Shown here one piece after another: positions 12,118 to 25,169 of a DNA stretch of 52,473 bases. Position numbers and translations under genes: made by a program. Numbering within the stretch: the stretch's first letter is position 1; each line of letters starts with the position of its first letter. Source of the stretch: Elsinoe ampelina (lineage: Eukaryota); the NCBI GenBank assembly GCA_010093995.1, contig ML992510.1:633504-685976 (forward strand). The letters run 5' to 3'. A model generated the notes under the pieces. It saw only the letters and a program-made list of their open reading frames with translations, was not told the origin of the DNA and ran no database searches.

Positions 12118-12311
12118 GTGACCTTTGATCCTTGCCAAGTTAGGTCTTTTTCCTTCGTCAGCTTCTTCAGCCACTTTCTACCGTGCGGATATACCATTTC
12201 AGGTCTGTGACCTAGACGTTCTTTATACCCATTGATTGGGAAGACATTCGTTCATTACCGACTTACATTCACTCTTTCAACCACATCTTCAAACGTCCAA
12301 CAACTACCAGC

Positions 12312-13481
12312 ATGTCTATTCTCGCCTACGCCGCTCTCCTGAGCGCAGCTGCGTCCACCGCGTACGGTCACGGTATGGTCCAGTATGTCAAGACTGGATC
12401 GGCGGAAAAGACATTGTCCTTCGACTTGTCCTTGACATACAACCTCGAAACCAACAGGGCTAAGCTTAACAGCCTTCCTGGCTGGTTGGAGTGGTCTCAA
12501 GACAACGGCTTCATCGCCCCTGACAGCAAGCCGTCTGGTGGTCAGTACGCCGGCATTGCCGACCCCCAGAACTTCGTCTGTGGTTCCAAGGCTGCTCCTG
12601 GTGGCGTCGACTTCCCTGTCGCTGCTGGTGGTAACTTGGACTTTATCTGGTCTACATGGCCCGACTCGCACATTGGCCCAGTCATCACTTACCTTGCCAA
12701 GTGCCCTGGCACCACATGCGCGGGTGTTGACAAGACCACCCTGAAGTTCTTCAAGATCGAGGAGGCTGGTCTGACTATGGATGGTACCACCCAGAACTGG
12801 GCCTCCAAGAAGGTCAACAGCGCCAACGGCTTCACTTGGACCACCCCTATCCCCAAGGAACTCCCTGATGGAGCCTACGTTGCCCGTCACGAAATCATCG
12901 CGCTCCACGGCGCTGGCTCGGCCAACGGTGCACAGCTGTACCCCAACTGCGTCAACCTCAAGATCAGCGGCGGTTCTGGTACCATGTCCACCGATGGTGT
13001 TGATGCCTCCACCATGTACTCTCCGACCGACCCTGGTCTCCTTGTTCCCAACATCTACGGAGGCATTACCAGCTACACGATCCCTGGTCCTCCCCTCAGG
13101 AGCGGCTCTGGCGGCTCCAGCCCAGCTCCTTCCTCGGCTTCATCCGCTGCTCCTTCATCCGCTGCTCCTTCCTCCGCCGCTCCATCAGCCTCATCCGCCG
13201 CTCCTCCAGCTTCGTCTGCTGCTCCAGTACCAACCACCACTGCTGCTCCAGCACCTTCCGGCCCTGTCGTCACTGCCACCTCAATCGCCACCACTGTCAT
13301 CCCTGTGACCACCACCGGTGGCGCTTCCCCCGCACCGACAGGCGGCTCCGGCTCTGGTGGTTCCACCAAGCCCCTCCCAGAGGGCACCACGCTTGCCGAC
13401 CTTCTCGCCTGGTTGAAGATCATCCTTAACAGGACCAGCCCAGCCAAGCGCTCCGAGTTCTTCAGCCATATGCTGATGTAA
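12312..13481 (+). CDS. AA9 (GH61) lytic polysaccharide monooxygenase, secreted
   Basis: Signal peptide MSILAYAALLSAAASTAYG then His1 (HGMVQ); WPDSHIGPVITYLA, FFKI, RHEIIALH, QLYPNC, YTIPGP; Ser/Ala/Pro/Thr linker; no CBM1. Confidence 0.95.
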   Translation: MSILAYAALLSAAASTAYGHGMVQYVKTGSAEKTLSFDLSLTYNLETNRAKLNSLPGWLEWSQDNGFIAPDSKPSGGQYAGIADPQNFVCGSKAAPGGVDFPVAAGGNLDFIWSTWPDSHIGPVITYLAKCPGTTCAGVDKTTLKFFKIEEAGLTMDGTTQNWASKKVNSANGFTWTTPIPKELPDGAYVARHEIIALHGAGSANGAQLYPNCVNLKISGGSGTMSTDGVDASTMYSPTDPGLLVPNIYGGITSYTIPGPPLRSGSGGSSPAPSSASSAAPSSAAPSSAAPSASSAAPPASSAAPVPTTTAAPAPSGPVVTATSIATTVIPVTTTGGASPAPTGGSGSGGSTKPLPEGTTLADLLAWLKIILNRTSPAKRSEFFSHMLM

Positions 13482-15147
13482 AGTACTGTTGAAGGAGAAG
13501 GGAAGGAAACGGACTTGATGATTCTAGCAAGGCGACAGGGGGATAACATTTTTGGCTTCTCTAGAGTGACCACTACCTGTACTGGTCACGGGGATCGTGG
13601 TTGATAAGGTTCTCCGCACTGTATTATTCTTGTATCTATCATGAATAGACCTTTTGGACCTCGAAAGAGGCATTATGACATGTCTGAACAGACCTTGCTC
13701 TTCTGATTGCTTACTATTGGGGCTTGCCATCGAGGCTAATTCAAGGGATACTTTATCACTCCGCAGGAGATCCGCAGGAGATCCGCAGATATGTGAACAT
13801 AATTGTAGCGACCGAGCTCACAGTCGTCTAGAAGCGAGCATCTACTTGAAACCGCTACGGCCGCCAGAACCACAAAGTGGACGGCACGGCATCCAAACCA
13901 CGATACTGTGGAGGTGATGTTTCGTATGAGGCAAACCTTGACTTCGGCGGAACTTCTAACCCTACTCGGGGGGGAGGGGCAATTGCGACCGAGATTTTCA
14001 CCGTTTGCACCTTCTGACCAAGTACTTTATACAAGCCTTGACTCCTGGCATTGGCTACGAACGTAAAATCCTTGAGTACATCACCTGCATCCTGCTAAAA
14101 CCTACAACTCGGCCGTCAACCTTGACAGATTAGTCACACCTTAGTCATCCCGCCTTTCCAATGATAATTCAACGGATCTACAAACCGTCAGTCCAGGCAC
14201 AAACGCCTGCTGTCTATTCGGGCCGATTCGAGTACAGGCTGGAATCTCACCGAAAAAGCTATTGAGGAGAATTCTTCAGCCCTGCGAAAGGACTCATCGC
14301 CGTGTTCCTGGAGTTCATACGTCACCGCACATTAGTACTGCTGTGGTTGAACGCGATGATGCTGGGTACTGGATGAAGGGAGATGCGGTTAAGTACCTCG
14401 GTCAACGATATGTCGTGCGAACTTCGGAAGACGGTGGAGGCATTGTTGGGAGTTGACGTGAGTGGCACTTGCTTCTTTCCTTACTTTGCAACGATAGCAA
14501 CACCCACGAACGACATGAAACAAAGCTTGACACATGCATTATCGCCAATTGGCGTCGCTTACATGGCATATCACGTCGATCCTGTCTCGATGTGAGAGAA
14601 AATAGCCATGGTCAGGAAGAGACGAGCAAATCGGCTTCTTTGCGATCAAACTTCTGGCAGTTGCGCAGTTGCGGCAATTTCGGGTTTTGAACCCGCTGAC
14701 TTGGCCCTGGCTGCTACCGCTGCAATGGGGCGCGCGAACTCCATCTTAGGCTTTAGCCGCCTTGCCGTCAACTCTACAAGCGTCCCTCAAACAATTGGGG
14801 TGACGGCTTTTGCCATTATCCAATCCTGCACCTCTGTCTTGTATCTGCTCACCATTCTAGACCACGTTTTCGCTCTCTCACCCCAATCCAGGGCCGTCTC
14901 CCATCGCATTTTGGCGACTTCACTCTCATTAACGCCGAGGCATCCATTGGTCATCTTCTGTCAACCGAGTCTGCCGGGCTTCCCACCCTCCTGTGTGGCG
15001 TCCTGTATAGCCATCACCTACACACTATTATACGTTCGACACACCTTGGCACTCCAGCGCACCTCTACTCTCAGAGATGTCACGATTTGAATGAATACAG
15101 ACCCTTTACCCGGCCGTCGCGACTCTAGCCATCCATCTTCACCCATC

Positions 15148-17152
15148 ATGCCCGACGCGTCCTCCGCTTCCTCATCTTCTTCCGCGCCTGCAAAGAGAGC
15201 ATGCGATGCATGTCATCGACGAAAGGTTAAATGCATCACTTCGAGCGCCGCGGACCACGCCAAACCATGCAAGAATTGTGCCGCGGCTGGACTCAGTTGC
15301 ACTTACAATTCCGTCCCGCAGAAGAAAGGCCCGAAAGGATCCAGAGCACGTGTCATCGGCGAGATTCGAGAGATCCAACGACAACAATCGCGGGGAAGGC
15401 GCTCACCGTTCGGGCCTGAGACTATACAGGTAGCATCGCCATACGCTCGAACACCTGGACTACTGACGCCGCAACTGATCAATTCTTGCGTCGAGTACTT
15501 CTTCCTCCACATATACCCCAGCCAGCCAATCTTGCACCGCCAAAAGCTGGCAGAAACCATCGCACAAATCGACAGCAGTGTTGAGGCATATTGCATGATA
15601 TCATCGCTATGTGCGCTCATGCTGATCCAGCCAAACATGGTGTTGCCAGTTGCCGCTCGTGCCGTGCCAGGCGCGGAAGCGTCGACGTTATCGACAGGCC
15701 ACATGCTGCTTCACGAAACCCTCCGAGTCAGGAGAGGCCACGACTACATCGAAGATCCCTCTGCACTTTCGGTCATGACATCTTTCTTCCTCTTTGCTAG
15801 CTACTTCTGCATTGACAAAAACAACACTGCATGGTTTCACCTCAGAGAGGCGACAACTCTAGCGTATGATATACATATGCATGAAGAGGACAGCTACGCC
15901 GGCCTAGATCCCGTGGAAGCATCAAGGCGACGGAGATTGTACTGGCTTTTATTTGTCACCGAAAGGTAACGATAGAAGTCCCATCTAATCGAGGTCCGCT
16001 GCTAATGTGCATCCAGAGCTTACGCTTTACAACGACACCGTCCACTCACACTGTACAGCACTATTCAGCTACCGTCGACAGACGAGGATCCGTCCGAGAC
16101 TGTGGAGCTAAGCGGCTTTTTGAATCTGGTTCATTTGTTCCGTCCATTCGATGATACCTTTGTCGGCTTCTGGAACAAGACCCGTGTAGGATGTAAAACG
16201 GACTGGCTAACCCAATTGCAAAATCAACTCTCCATCGCATTACCGGTGTACATCCAGAGCACGGAAACACAGGCTGTCGATCTAAAGGTCTCACAGACAT
16301 GGCTGAGGACGATGATATGGCAACTGTCCATCAGTCAAGGGTATCTGTCATCCCAGGCAGATGACAAATCAATGACCTTTGACTTCCCCATCGAACTATC
16401 GAGGGATCTGGTCACAGCTGCCAGTGGATTCTCGCAAATGGCAATGGAAGTGCATGGTATTGGTCTTGTAAGTCACCGGATATTTTCAAGATTGCCGCCA
16501 CCAGGAGCTGACATGACCGCGATAGATAGAAAAGCTGTTCGACGTAGCTTGCACTCTGACCGATGTCATGGGCTGCGTGCCGGAACAGCAACTTCTGCCT
16601 TCGTTTGAATTTGGCCCGCGGGATTACCTGCACCAATTTGTTTCTCTTATTTCTAACCTTCGTGGAGGAAGACAGAGATTTCTACCACTTCTGGTGTCCA
16701 AGATACATGATACACTGCCCTCATCCATGTCCAACATGGGCTACGCTATCAGTCCAAACCTTTCACGAGAAGCCTCCAGCTATCTGGGTACGCAACAGTC
16801 CTCCCGACAGGTTGAGGAGATCTATGATCGACGGGCACATGATACCCAGCCATCCGGTCGCACCAGTCATGTGGCATCTCCCTTTGGTAGCCCGTCACAG
16901 ACTGCAACATTGCCCATAGGCCCGCCGCTACTCGCTTTCGACAGCCTCGCCGTCGAAACAAGCTCAGTCAGCGGTCCGGGCTATGCTATCATCCCCACTG
17001 CGCCCATGGTGCCCATGAGCTATCCCATGTTAAGTACAGCTCATGCTGGATACCGCCAAGCTCCGCATCATCACATTAGCGCTGCAGAAGAGCAACCACG
17101 ACGGGCTTACGCCTATGTTCCACCTGGCGTGAAGTACGAGCGAACACATTGA
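15148..17152 (+). CDS. Zn(II)2Cys6 transcription factor, COL-26/BglR/ART1-like
   Basis: KRACDACHRRKVKC...CKNC...CTYNSVPQKKGPKGSRARV; fungal TF middle domain (RRRRLYWLLFVTERAY); introns 15966-16016 and 16468-16525. Alternative in-frame ATG at 15091. Confidence 0.88.
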
Positions 17153-18252
17153 TTCGGCGGTCTCCCTTCGGTCTTTGGAGTCTCCACAGAGGTACATGTT
17201 TGCACAGTATATTCGAACACGATCACGATGATATAACGACGGTGCTTTGGAAGGTACGAGCATGATAGAACGATTTTGTGTGGCTATCTCCAAGCAGATC
17301 ATTATCAGGGAGTTCAGACGGGAGAGGAATAATTTTTAGATACCCAAATCGCATCAAGTTCAATAACTGCGAAGACTACACCGTCCCTCTTCCTGTCGTG
17401 CATAAGATTTCCATAGTCTTTATCGTTGGCACAGAAGCGCAAAGTATCGCGACCAAGCGGACTACCGAGATTTTTAGGTTTGAGCAATGTCATTTCTGGT
17501 AGGATCTATAGTACAATTACCAGACCTTTTTAGTGTTTAAGCACGAATGACAAACTTTCAGATTTGCTAAATAAACCTGGTAGTATCTATATTAATGCCA
17601 GATACCAGAGCAATTCGGGCCTGATCGGCAAAGAGAAGCAGTTCGGCACTGCTGCCCATGCGGCCTGAACTCGGACAAGTTTCTTTGCTCGAGCGACCTT
17701 GATTCCTTCTCGCACTGTCCCACTGTGGCTGCACTTGTCCAGCACACATCCGGCTAGGGATGCATGCAGGGCACGTTGCGAGGCCTGAACTGAACGCAGG
17801 TACCGGCTTTACCGACCACCTCGAAGATGTTGACCACTGTCGCAGGACGACGTCTTCCTCCTTCTACAGTAGCTGGCATGGACGACCAGCAATTCAGAAG
17901 ACACCCGCCCTCCAAGACATCATTCTTGGATGACTCGCGAAGGTCGCTTGTGTCTTGACATTGCTGCCATGGCCAGGGGGTTTTCTGTGATTGGCAGCGC
18001 AGATTGACATGATCCGCGCTAATGGTCTGTCGGTCCCATGAGATGTCCGGATGGGCAAGCCACCACTAATTTGCTGCTCGTCTCAAGAACCACCATTTCA
18101 CCGGCTCTCGGATGCAAGACGAGATGTGTCGTCAGCTATAAGCGTAGGTCGTGACTTTCCCCAGTCGTTGTATCTTTTCGTTCTTGTCGAGCGATCTTGC
18201 AATTGCGCCGTCAAGCTGTAGTGTGTGCTGGAAAGGGTGCCCGCATGCAAAC

Positions 18253-20131
18253 ATGGGTGAGAACAACGTGCAAAGGCACACTGCAATGACAAGCTGACCC
18301 TTATCAGCGTTAAACACTCACTATACCATCTCGACATATGGTGCGCCAGAGCAGACGCTCGCGACCTGTAATGTTTATTTTACGCCCGCATACATCACAT
18401 GGACGACTGCACCGAGCACATTACCCGTTGTAGGTACTGCATACTTATATGTAGATCTCGACAAGAACACCACATCCACTTCAGTGACATGTACACCATC
18501 AATAGTCGAAGATATCAAGAGCAAGGGCGGCAATCTGGGCCAATGGATGGGAGCATCCATGGACGAGAATTGTACCCTCAGAGCTCCGTACTGGAATGCC
18601 AACATGCGGAATGATACCATTACCACAGCGTAAGCTTCTCAAAGGCAAAGTACAATGGAAGCTAATTACGGTCGGCAGGACATGGCCTGGACCAGTGACC
18701 TTGATGGATCTGGGAAATCGGATACGATTTTTCGGTAACAATGTCAAGAACTACCAGTCCTTTGTGACACTCCCATCCGGTATCCCGATCTACTACACCT
18801 ACTCGGACATCATTCAAGACGTTGGTATTACATCCTATCAGATCCCTGCAAAGAACGGCAGCTGGTACACTACGAAGCGAACGACATTCACAATGCCCGG
18901 ATTGAGCAAAATCTTTCCAGACGTACCCGATCTGAGTCAGAATTGCACGACCGTCTTCTTTGAAACGTCGCCCAACACCCTCACGCATGCCAACTTTCTC
19001 ACCCAAATCAGTACATTGCCAAGATCAGCTCCACAAGGTCAGGTGACGCCTCCGGTAGCAGCACCACAGATCCCGGCTCCCCGGCCACAGCCAGCGAATC
19101 CTCTACCTTCGCCGTCAATCATAGCCCCTGCGCCTGCACCCGCCGTTCCAACCAGTAGACCGAGCACAGGCCCAAGTACTGAAGACAGCAACCCCGACGC
19201 AGGCACCGGCACCGGCAACAACGCAGGTAACAGCCTCCCGCAGGCCGACAACCCCGCCGTCTCCACCGGCCCGGCCACCAACCCCAACCAACCTCACCCA
19301 CCACCACCAGCCAACATCCCCACCCCAGCGTCCCCCCTCACGACCCGCCCCGCCCTCATCCTCCCCAACTCCCAAACCCTCCTCCAAGGCAGCGGCCCCG
19401 CCACCGTGTCCGACCGCTTGATCTTCTTCGACAACTCCGGCACAGTCTACATCGCGCCGTCGCCGACGAACGGTGGCGTCCCGGACGCGGCCAAGGTGAC
19501 GGCTGTGCCGGTCGGGGAGGTGAGGATGCTGGGAGGGGTGGATGCTTTGGGGGTTTGGTTGGAGGTTACTGCTGGGGGAGTAGGGGTAGGAGGAGGGGGA
19601 GGGCAAGGGGGGGGTCAAGGGAACGAGGGTGGGAGTGGTGGGCTGCAGGGGGCAGGGTCTGGTGGTGCAAGCGCGGCGGGATCGGGATCGGGTGTGGGTG
19701 TGGAAACGGGCGGGAAGGGGGCGTCGTTGGCTGGGACGATCAGTCAGGCTTTGAGTAGTTTCAGTGTCTGGATTTTGAGCGGGCTGGGGGCGAGCGTGGC
19801 TGCGAATGGGTCGAGGGTGGGGAGTGCAGATAGTGGAGCGCAAGCAGCGGAGGAAGCGGGGAGTGGTTCCTCTGGGTCTACGAGCTCTGGAGGCGGGCTG
19901 CTGAGTGGTGGCTCTTCTGGGAGCAGTGAGGATGTATCGGCTAGGCAGTCAGGGTCGATGGGGAAGGTCTCAAGGACAACGTCCTTTGCAGCTGCATCTG
20001 GGACGCCGAGCGGCCCTGGTGGAGGAGGAGCTACGTCTGCGACATCACCGTCGACTGGCGGAGCAGGTAGTGTTGGTGCCGGATTATCACTGCTTGGACT
20101 CGTCGTTGGGATAGTGGCTTATGCATTATGA
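18253..20131 (+). CDS. Tandem family copy 1: uncharacterised 4-Cys-domain, mucin-stalk, GPI-like-tail protein (~592 aa)
   Basis: Exons 18253-18256, 18308-18629, 18679-20131 (frame-consistent). Motifs VGTAYLYVDLDKNTTSTSVTC, ATWPGP, MPGLSKIFPDVPDLSQNC, PALILPNSQTL, WILSGLGAS; hydrophobic tail. Confidence 0.8.
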
Positions 20132-20759
20132 GGTGGTATAGGATTAGGAATAATGTCTACGGTCACGTGCTCAAGATGATGGTACAACTCCGCTGTTTCT
20201 TCCGAAAGCTCCCATCTGCAACCTTCCGAGGACAACTGGGCCTCGAGCAGGACGCACTCGATGTGAAGTCTTGCTTCAGCAATGGCATCAGCGTTTTCAG
20301 TGTGGTATGGTGATTGCAACGACTCGTGCATCACGACAATGGCCAGCCACTGGTAGTACCTGGTCACGACTTATGGCGACCAGCAGACACCATCGTTCCG
20401 CGCGGCCCGTCACCACTCAAGATCAGCTTGAACGGAAGAGCCAACGTCGTGTGCAATGAGAGCGTAAGGCGATTGACTGTCAGGTCGTGCGCCCTCCCTT
20501 CTCACAAATAACCGCCGGATCGTGCCCGCCATGAAATACGCTAGGGGCACCGCTACCAAAGTAGGCTTTGACCACGCCACATTGGCAGCGCTCCATTTAG
20601 ATTACATCCTGCAAGGGAAATCACTAGCTTCCCGGCCTCAGCAAATGCTTGGAGGTGCTCCAATGACTTGTCATATCCCGCTCTGTAGCCGCTCAAGGTG
20701 GTTTTAGGTCGACTGGACTTGTCAATTCTAACCTCCGCAAACGATACATCTGACTGACC

Positions 20760-21837
20760 ATGGGTATGGCATCAAGAAGTGAAATTTGCACGAGATCTCG
20801 CTGACTGTGATTAGCGCTCGCATTGAACATGACAAGCCAGGTCCAGGCGTCACCTTCCGGACTTGCTCCTGTAACGTTGCGGATGGGAAGCTCAGTCACC
20901 AGGATCATCACTCCACGTCCATCGCCGACACAGTATGGACCCGTCACGCACTGTGTTGGCTTTATGAGCCCCGCTATAGTACTATGGACACCTGCACCCA
21001 CCGACATTCCTCCTGTGGGGACGACCTATCTCTACGTTGACCCGAATGTCAACACTACCTCAACCTCCGTGACTTGCACGCAATCTGTATATGACGAATA
21101 CAAGACAAAACTCCTGGGCGGCTTTGGCGCCTTCTATGGTGGCACGATGAACGAGCAGTGTGCTTTCCTTGCACCTTACTGGAATGGCGAGTATAGAGAT
21201 AAGGAGATCGAGATGGCGTAAGTTGCTGCCAATGGGTGTGATCAGATCCAACGAAGGCATACTGACGATGCAAAGAACGTACCCTGGCCCTTCGACCATG
21301 TTCGAGATCGGTTATCAGATCCAGTTCGAGTACTGGGGTCCTTCGTACGACGGCAAATGGGATTGGGAGACCATCATCGCCCCTGACGGACCTAGGTACT
21401 ACACCGGAGAGATTATCACTTCGACAGGGCTATCCGGACCAGGTATCCCATGGGCGACAATGTGGTCACTACCAAGCCTCTCCAAAATGTTCCCAGATGT
21501 GCCCGATCTGTCCTCTTGCACACTTATTCACTTCCGGACCACGCCCAACTCGTTGACCTTCGCGCGTTTCTTGACAGAGGCTATCACGCTACCAAAGTCC
21601 GCCGCGGGAAGTCTTACAATACCTTCTGCACCATCATCGACTGTGGATCCGGGCGTGCGTCCTACGGTGAACCAACCTTCGCGGTCTGGTACCGAGATGC
21701 AGCCAGCTCCAACGCCAGGTTCATCGGGCCTGGGACAGCAGCCACGACCGACTGCGACTGCATCAAGTCCAGGATCTGTGCCAAGTAGTGGTGATCATGA
21801 ACAGTCGAACACTGGCCCAGACTTGCCCTCTCGACCT

Positions 21838-21890
<53 letters not shown>

Positions 21891-22458
21891 AAGTCCTACA
21901 AGACCTGCCTTGGTCCTGCCAGGGGGACAAATTGTTCGCGCAGGCGCTGCCCCAGCGACTGTTTCCGGTCGACTCGTTTTTGTAGATAATCAAGGGACTG
22001 TACATATCGCCCCAACACCTGCGCCGGGCCAGAGGATAGAAGAGCCATACGCTCAAGCGACCGCCATTCCACTCGAGCAAGTTATTCGCGAAAGAGGCAT
22101 GCAAGCACTCGGCATCTGGATCCCGGCACAGGAAGCATCAATCGCAGACGACTCGCCCACACCCAGTAAGGAGGGGATGGCTTCTCATGATCTAACAGAC
22201 TCGCCACTCTCCCCAGCAGGACATCTCAGCAACTCCATCTCCAGTTTCGCCAGCTGGATCATAAGCGGGCTAGGAGCAAGCATCGACCGCACCTCAAGCG
22301 TCAAAAACAACAACGGTTCTTCCACGAGTCAATCCCCCGGGTCCAGCCGTAACAACAGCGTCGCGTCCTTCACAGGGGCAGGTGCAGCCACTCACCACCC
22401 GAGAAGAAAGTCAATGGCGCTCTTTCTAGCGTTTGCCGTGCCGTGGCTTTGTCTGTAG
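20760..22458 (+). CDS. Tandem family copy 2 (~529 aa), contains polyQ
   Basis: Exons 20760-20763, 20815-21217, 21276-22458. Motifs VGTTYLYVDPNVNTTSTSVTC, ATYPGP, LPSLSKMFPDVPDLSSC, PALVLPGGQ, WIISGLGAS, FTGAG plus hydrophobic tail. Confidence 0.82.
21838..21888 (+). repeat. (CAG)17 microsatellite encoding polyglutamine
   Basis: 17 perfect CAG units, in frame, in the stalk of copy 2. Confidence 0.97.
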
Positions 22459-23076
22459 TCTCCAGCTGGAAGAGTGATTGGGAAAAAGTCTGCGATAGTG
22501 TGCCCGCTCGTTGCAATCTTCCACAAGCGACCTCGACTCGTGCAGGTGTTTTGTTCCTGGTTGAGGCTGAGAAAGGGGCCAACATGATTGGTGGGTCTGC
22601 TCGGAGGACAGGTTTGGCGTGTCGCGATTTTCCGGCGGGCGCGAAACTCCAAATGGATCGTGAACGCAAGGTCCGGGACGGGATCCTTCTCTTCTCGACT
22701 TCGTTTCTGTGTCGAGAGAGCCATTGGATCTGTGCGATATCTGATGCTGGACGCGCATGCCAGGTCGCTTGGTGTCTATGTGTAGTGTGACGACCTTGTC
22801 TGCAGGATTATCAGGTACGCTATGCAGCAATGTCATGCGTGGTAGGCGCTACTGCAGGTTTGCATAGCCCTGGTTATGGTGCATTGCTACGCCGCATTGG
22901 CATACCGCCACAAAAATAAATGAGTCGTCTCAAGGTGGTCTAGTTGACCAGAGTCGTCGGCGCTTGCATCTTGACGACCCATCGCCAAATCTCGATAGCG
23001 ATAGACACCATGGTAGCCGATTGTAGTCAAAAGGTGTGTCTGATCTCGGTCATTTTTGAGACGGCACCCACTCGAC

Positions 23077-24785
23077 ATGTCTCTCAATCTTACCATTGGT
23101 GAATTGAAATGCCTATATATCATGTGATAGATACTGTTGGCTAATTATTATCGCAGGAGTGCCGGTGATACCCTCGAGCTTCTGGACCGGAGTCTTCCAA
23201 CCTCCGCAGACGGAGCCACCGTGGAAAGTCGACGCCGGTTGTAACATCATCTTGTGGCCTGCGTACATGAGATGGATAAACGCAGCCGATGTGCCGCCTC
23301 TCGGGACGACGTACTTATACGTGGACCCAGACTCGGAGTCGACCTCCACGTCTGTCACCTGCGACACGTCCTTGTTCATGGAGTACAAGACGAAGCTGTT
23401 CTCTCCAGGATTCTACGATACATATGGCACAATTGACGACAACTGTAGCATCACTCTACCTTATCGAGGTCGTGAGTGGACGGCTGTGAGGTCAACGAAT
23501 GCGTATGTCTGACCACCACGATAACACCAGCTGGCTGACGGAGCATAGCACATGGCCTGGACCAGAGTGGCTATTTGACGTTGGTGACGAGATAGCCTGG
23601 GAAGGAGCATGGGTGACAGGCTCATCTCTTGAGATGATTGAGCGCGGTACTTCGACTCTGCCTGCAGCACCACAATGGTACACATGGAATGATGTCTACT
23701 ATACTCGTGGCGTGGTGTCTGGTGTTGATAAGCTTGCTGGTGGCTACGTGATGCCAGGTCTCAGCAAGATGTATCCGGATCTGTCGATCTTGAGCTCTTG
23801 CACCCTGGTACAGTGGGCTACGAACCCGAACACTCTCAGATACGCACACTTTCTTACCGAGACACGGACTTCGCCACGGACAGCTTCTGGTCATCTGACT
23901 ACGCTTCCGATTCCAGAGTCGGTGCAGACAACAACTGTAGCCCCTGTTCCAGTGCCACAACCCACGCAGCCACATGCTTCCCCATCGCAAAGCCAGGCTC
24001 AAGTCGGGCCCGCACCATCTCCAACCAGCAGTCCCCGACCAGTGATCACACCAGCTCAGCCCGGACGACCCCTTGTTCCCACTGGCACCGCCTCGCCAGC
24101 TTCTTCCCGACCCTCCAACACTGGTAGCAACAACCTAGCCAAACAAGAAGCCAATGACCCAGCCAATCCCGTAGCCGCCAACGCCATCCCCAACGCTGCA
24201 CCTCCCCGCATCACATCCGCCCCCGCCCTCGTAGTCCCCGCCTCCAACGGCGCCCTCCAAACCCTCCGACCAGGTAGCTCCCCCGTCACCGTATCAGGCC
24301 ACATCATCTCCCTCGACACCTCCAGCGTGGCGCACGTTGTGTCGCCTAGTACGCAGCAAGGTCGCGCCCCGGAGACAGTAGCGATCAGCTTGGATGACAT
24401 CGCTCGGGTCGGAGCCATTCAGGTACAGGGGACGAGGATTGCAGCTTTTGGGATTATGACGTACGAAGAGGTGCAGGTTGACGGGACAGGGGAAGGTGGT
24501 GCGGGCTCGACGACTGGGGGTGCGCAAGGGAGCGGGGGAATCGGCACGGTTGCGGATCGAGTCGGGGGGAGGGTCTCGGGTATTGGGGCTTGGATCAGGA
24601 GTGGGTTGGGGATTGCGCGGGTTGGCGGAGGTGGAGGTGGTAGTGTAGGTGGTGCGGGCGCGAGAGGGAATAGCACGTCTGGAAGTGGTGCGATGGCGTT
24701 CACAGGGAAAGGAGGGAGGAGGCGGGTTGGGATGGTGTCGATAGCAATGATCGTTGCAGCGATCGGGTGGACATTCGCGAGGTAG
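23077..24785 (+). CDS. Tandem family copy 3 (~534 aa)
   Basis: Exons 23077-23098, 23157-23502, 23549-24785. Motifs LGTTYLYVDPDSESTSTSVTC, ATWPGP, MPGLSKMYPDLSILSSC, PALVVP, WIRSGLG, FTGKG plus hydrophobic tail. Confidence 0.82.
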
Positions 24786-25169
24786 ATGACATTAATCCTC
24801 TGCAGACTACTGTATAGTTTATAAGGTACATGTTGTAGGTCCTAGGATGTCGGAAGCATTTGAATCGATGACTTCGAGGTTACCCTAATGTTGGAACTTC
24901 CGCAGCATTACCGACCAATCGACTGACACTGTCGAATGCTCGACTCATGCGATTTGACGGATTCGCTGAGAAGCATCCAAAGTCGAATCGAAAAGTGGCA
25001 CGGTTAAGCTCTGCTACGCCGCCTTCACAAGACGCTATAATATATTCTCGTTTCGGACCTGACTAGCGTTCCAGCCGCAGCGCCTACCCGCATCAACCAA
25101 AATCATTCAAGAACAACACGACCGCCGACATGGCCGAAATCCCTCATCCCGTTTGTACATCGTCTCGCG

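Noticed and set aside
13761..13788. Short tandem repeat CCGCAGGAGAT x2.5 (also AAAGCCAGGA repeats near 36537-36563)
   Set aside because: Tiny intergenic duplications with no spacer structure; not CRISPR-like and no evidence of function.
18148..18252. Open frame upstream of copy 1 ATG (…CIFSFLSSDLAIAPSSCSVCWKGCPHAN) as a possible signal-peptide exon
   Set aside because: No ATG, bounded by TAG at 18145, no good branch site and no counterpart in copies 2-4.
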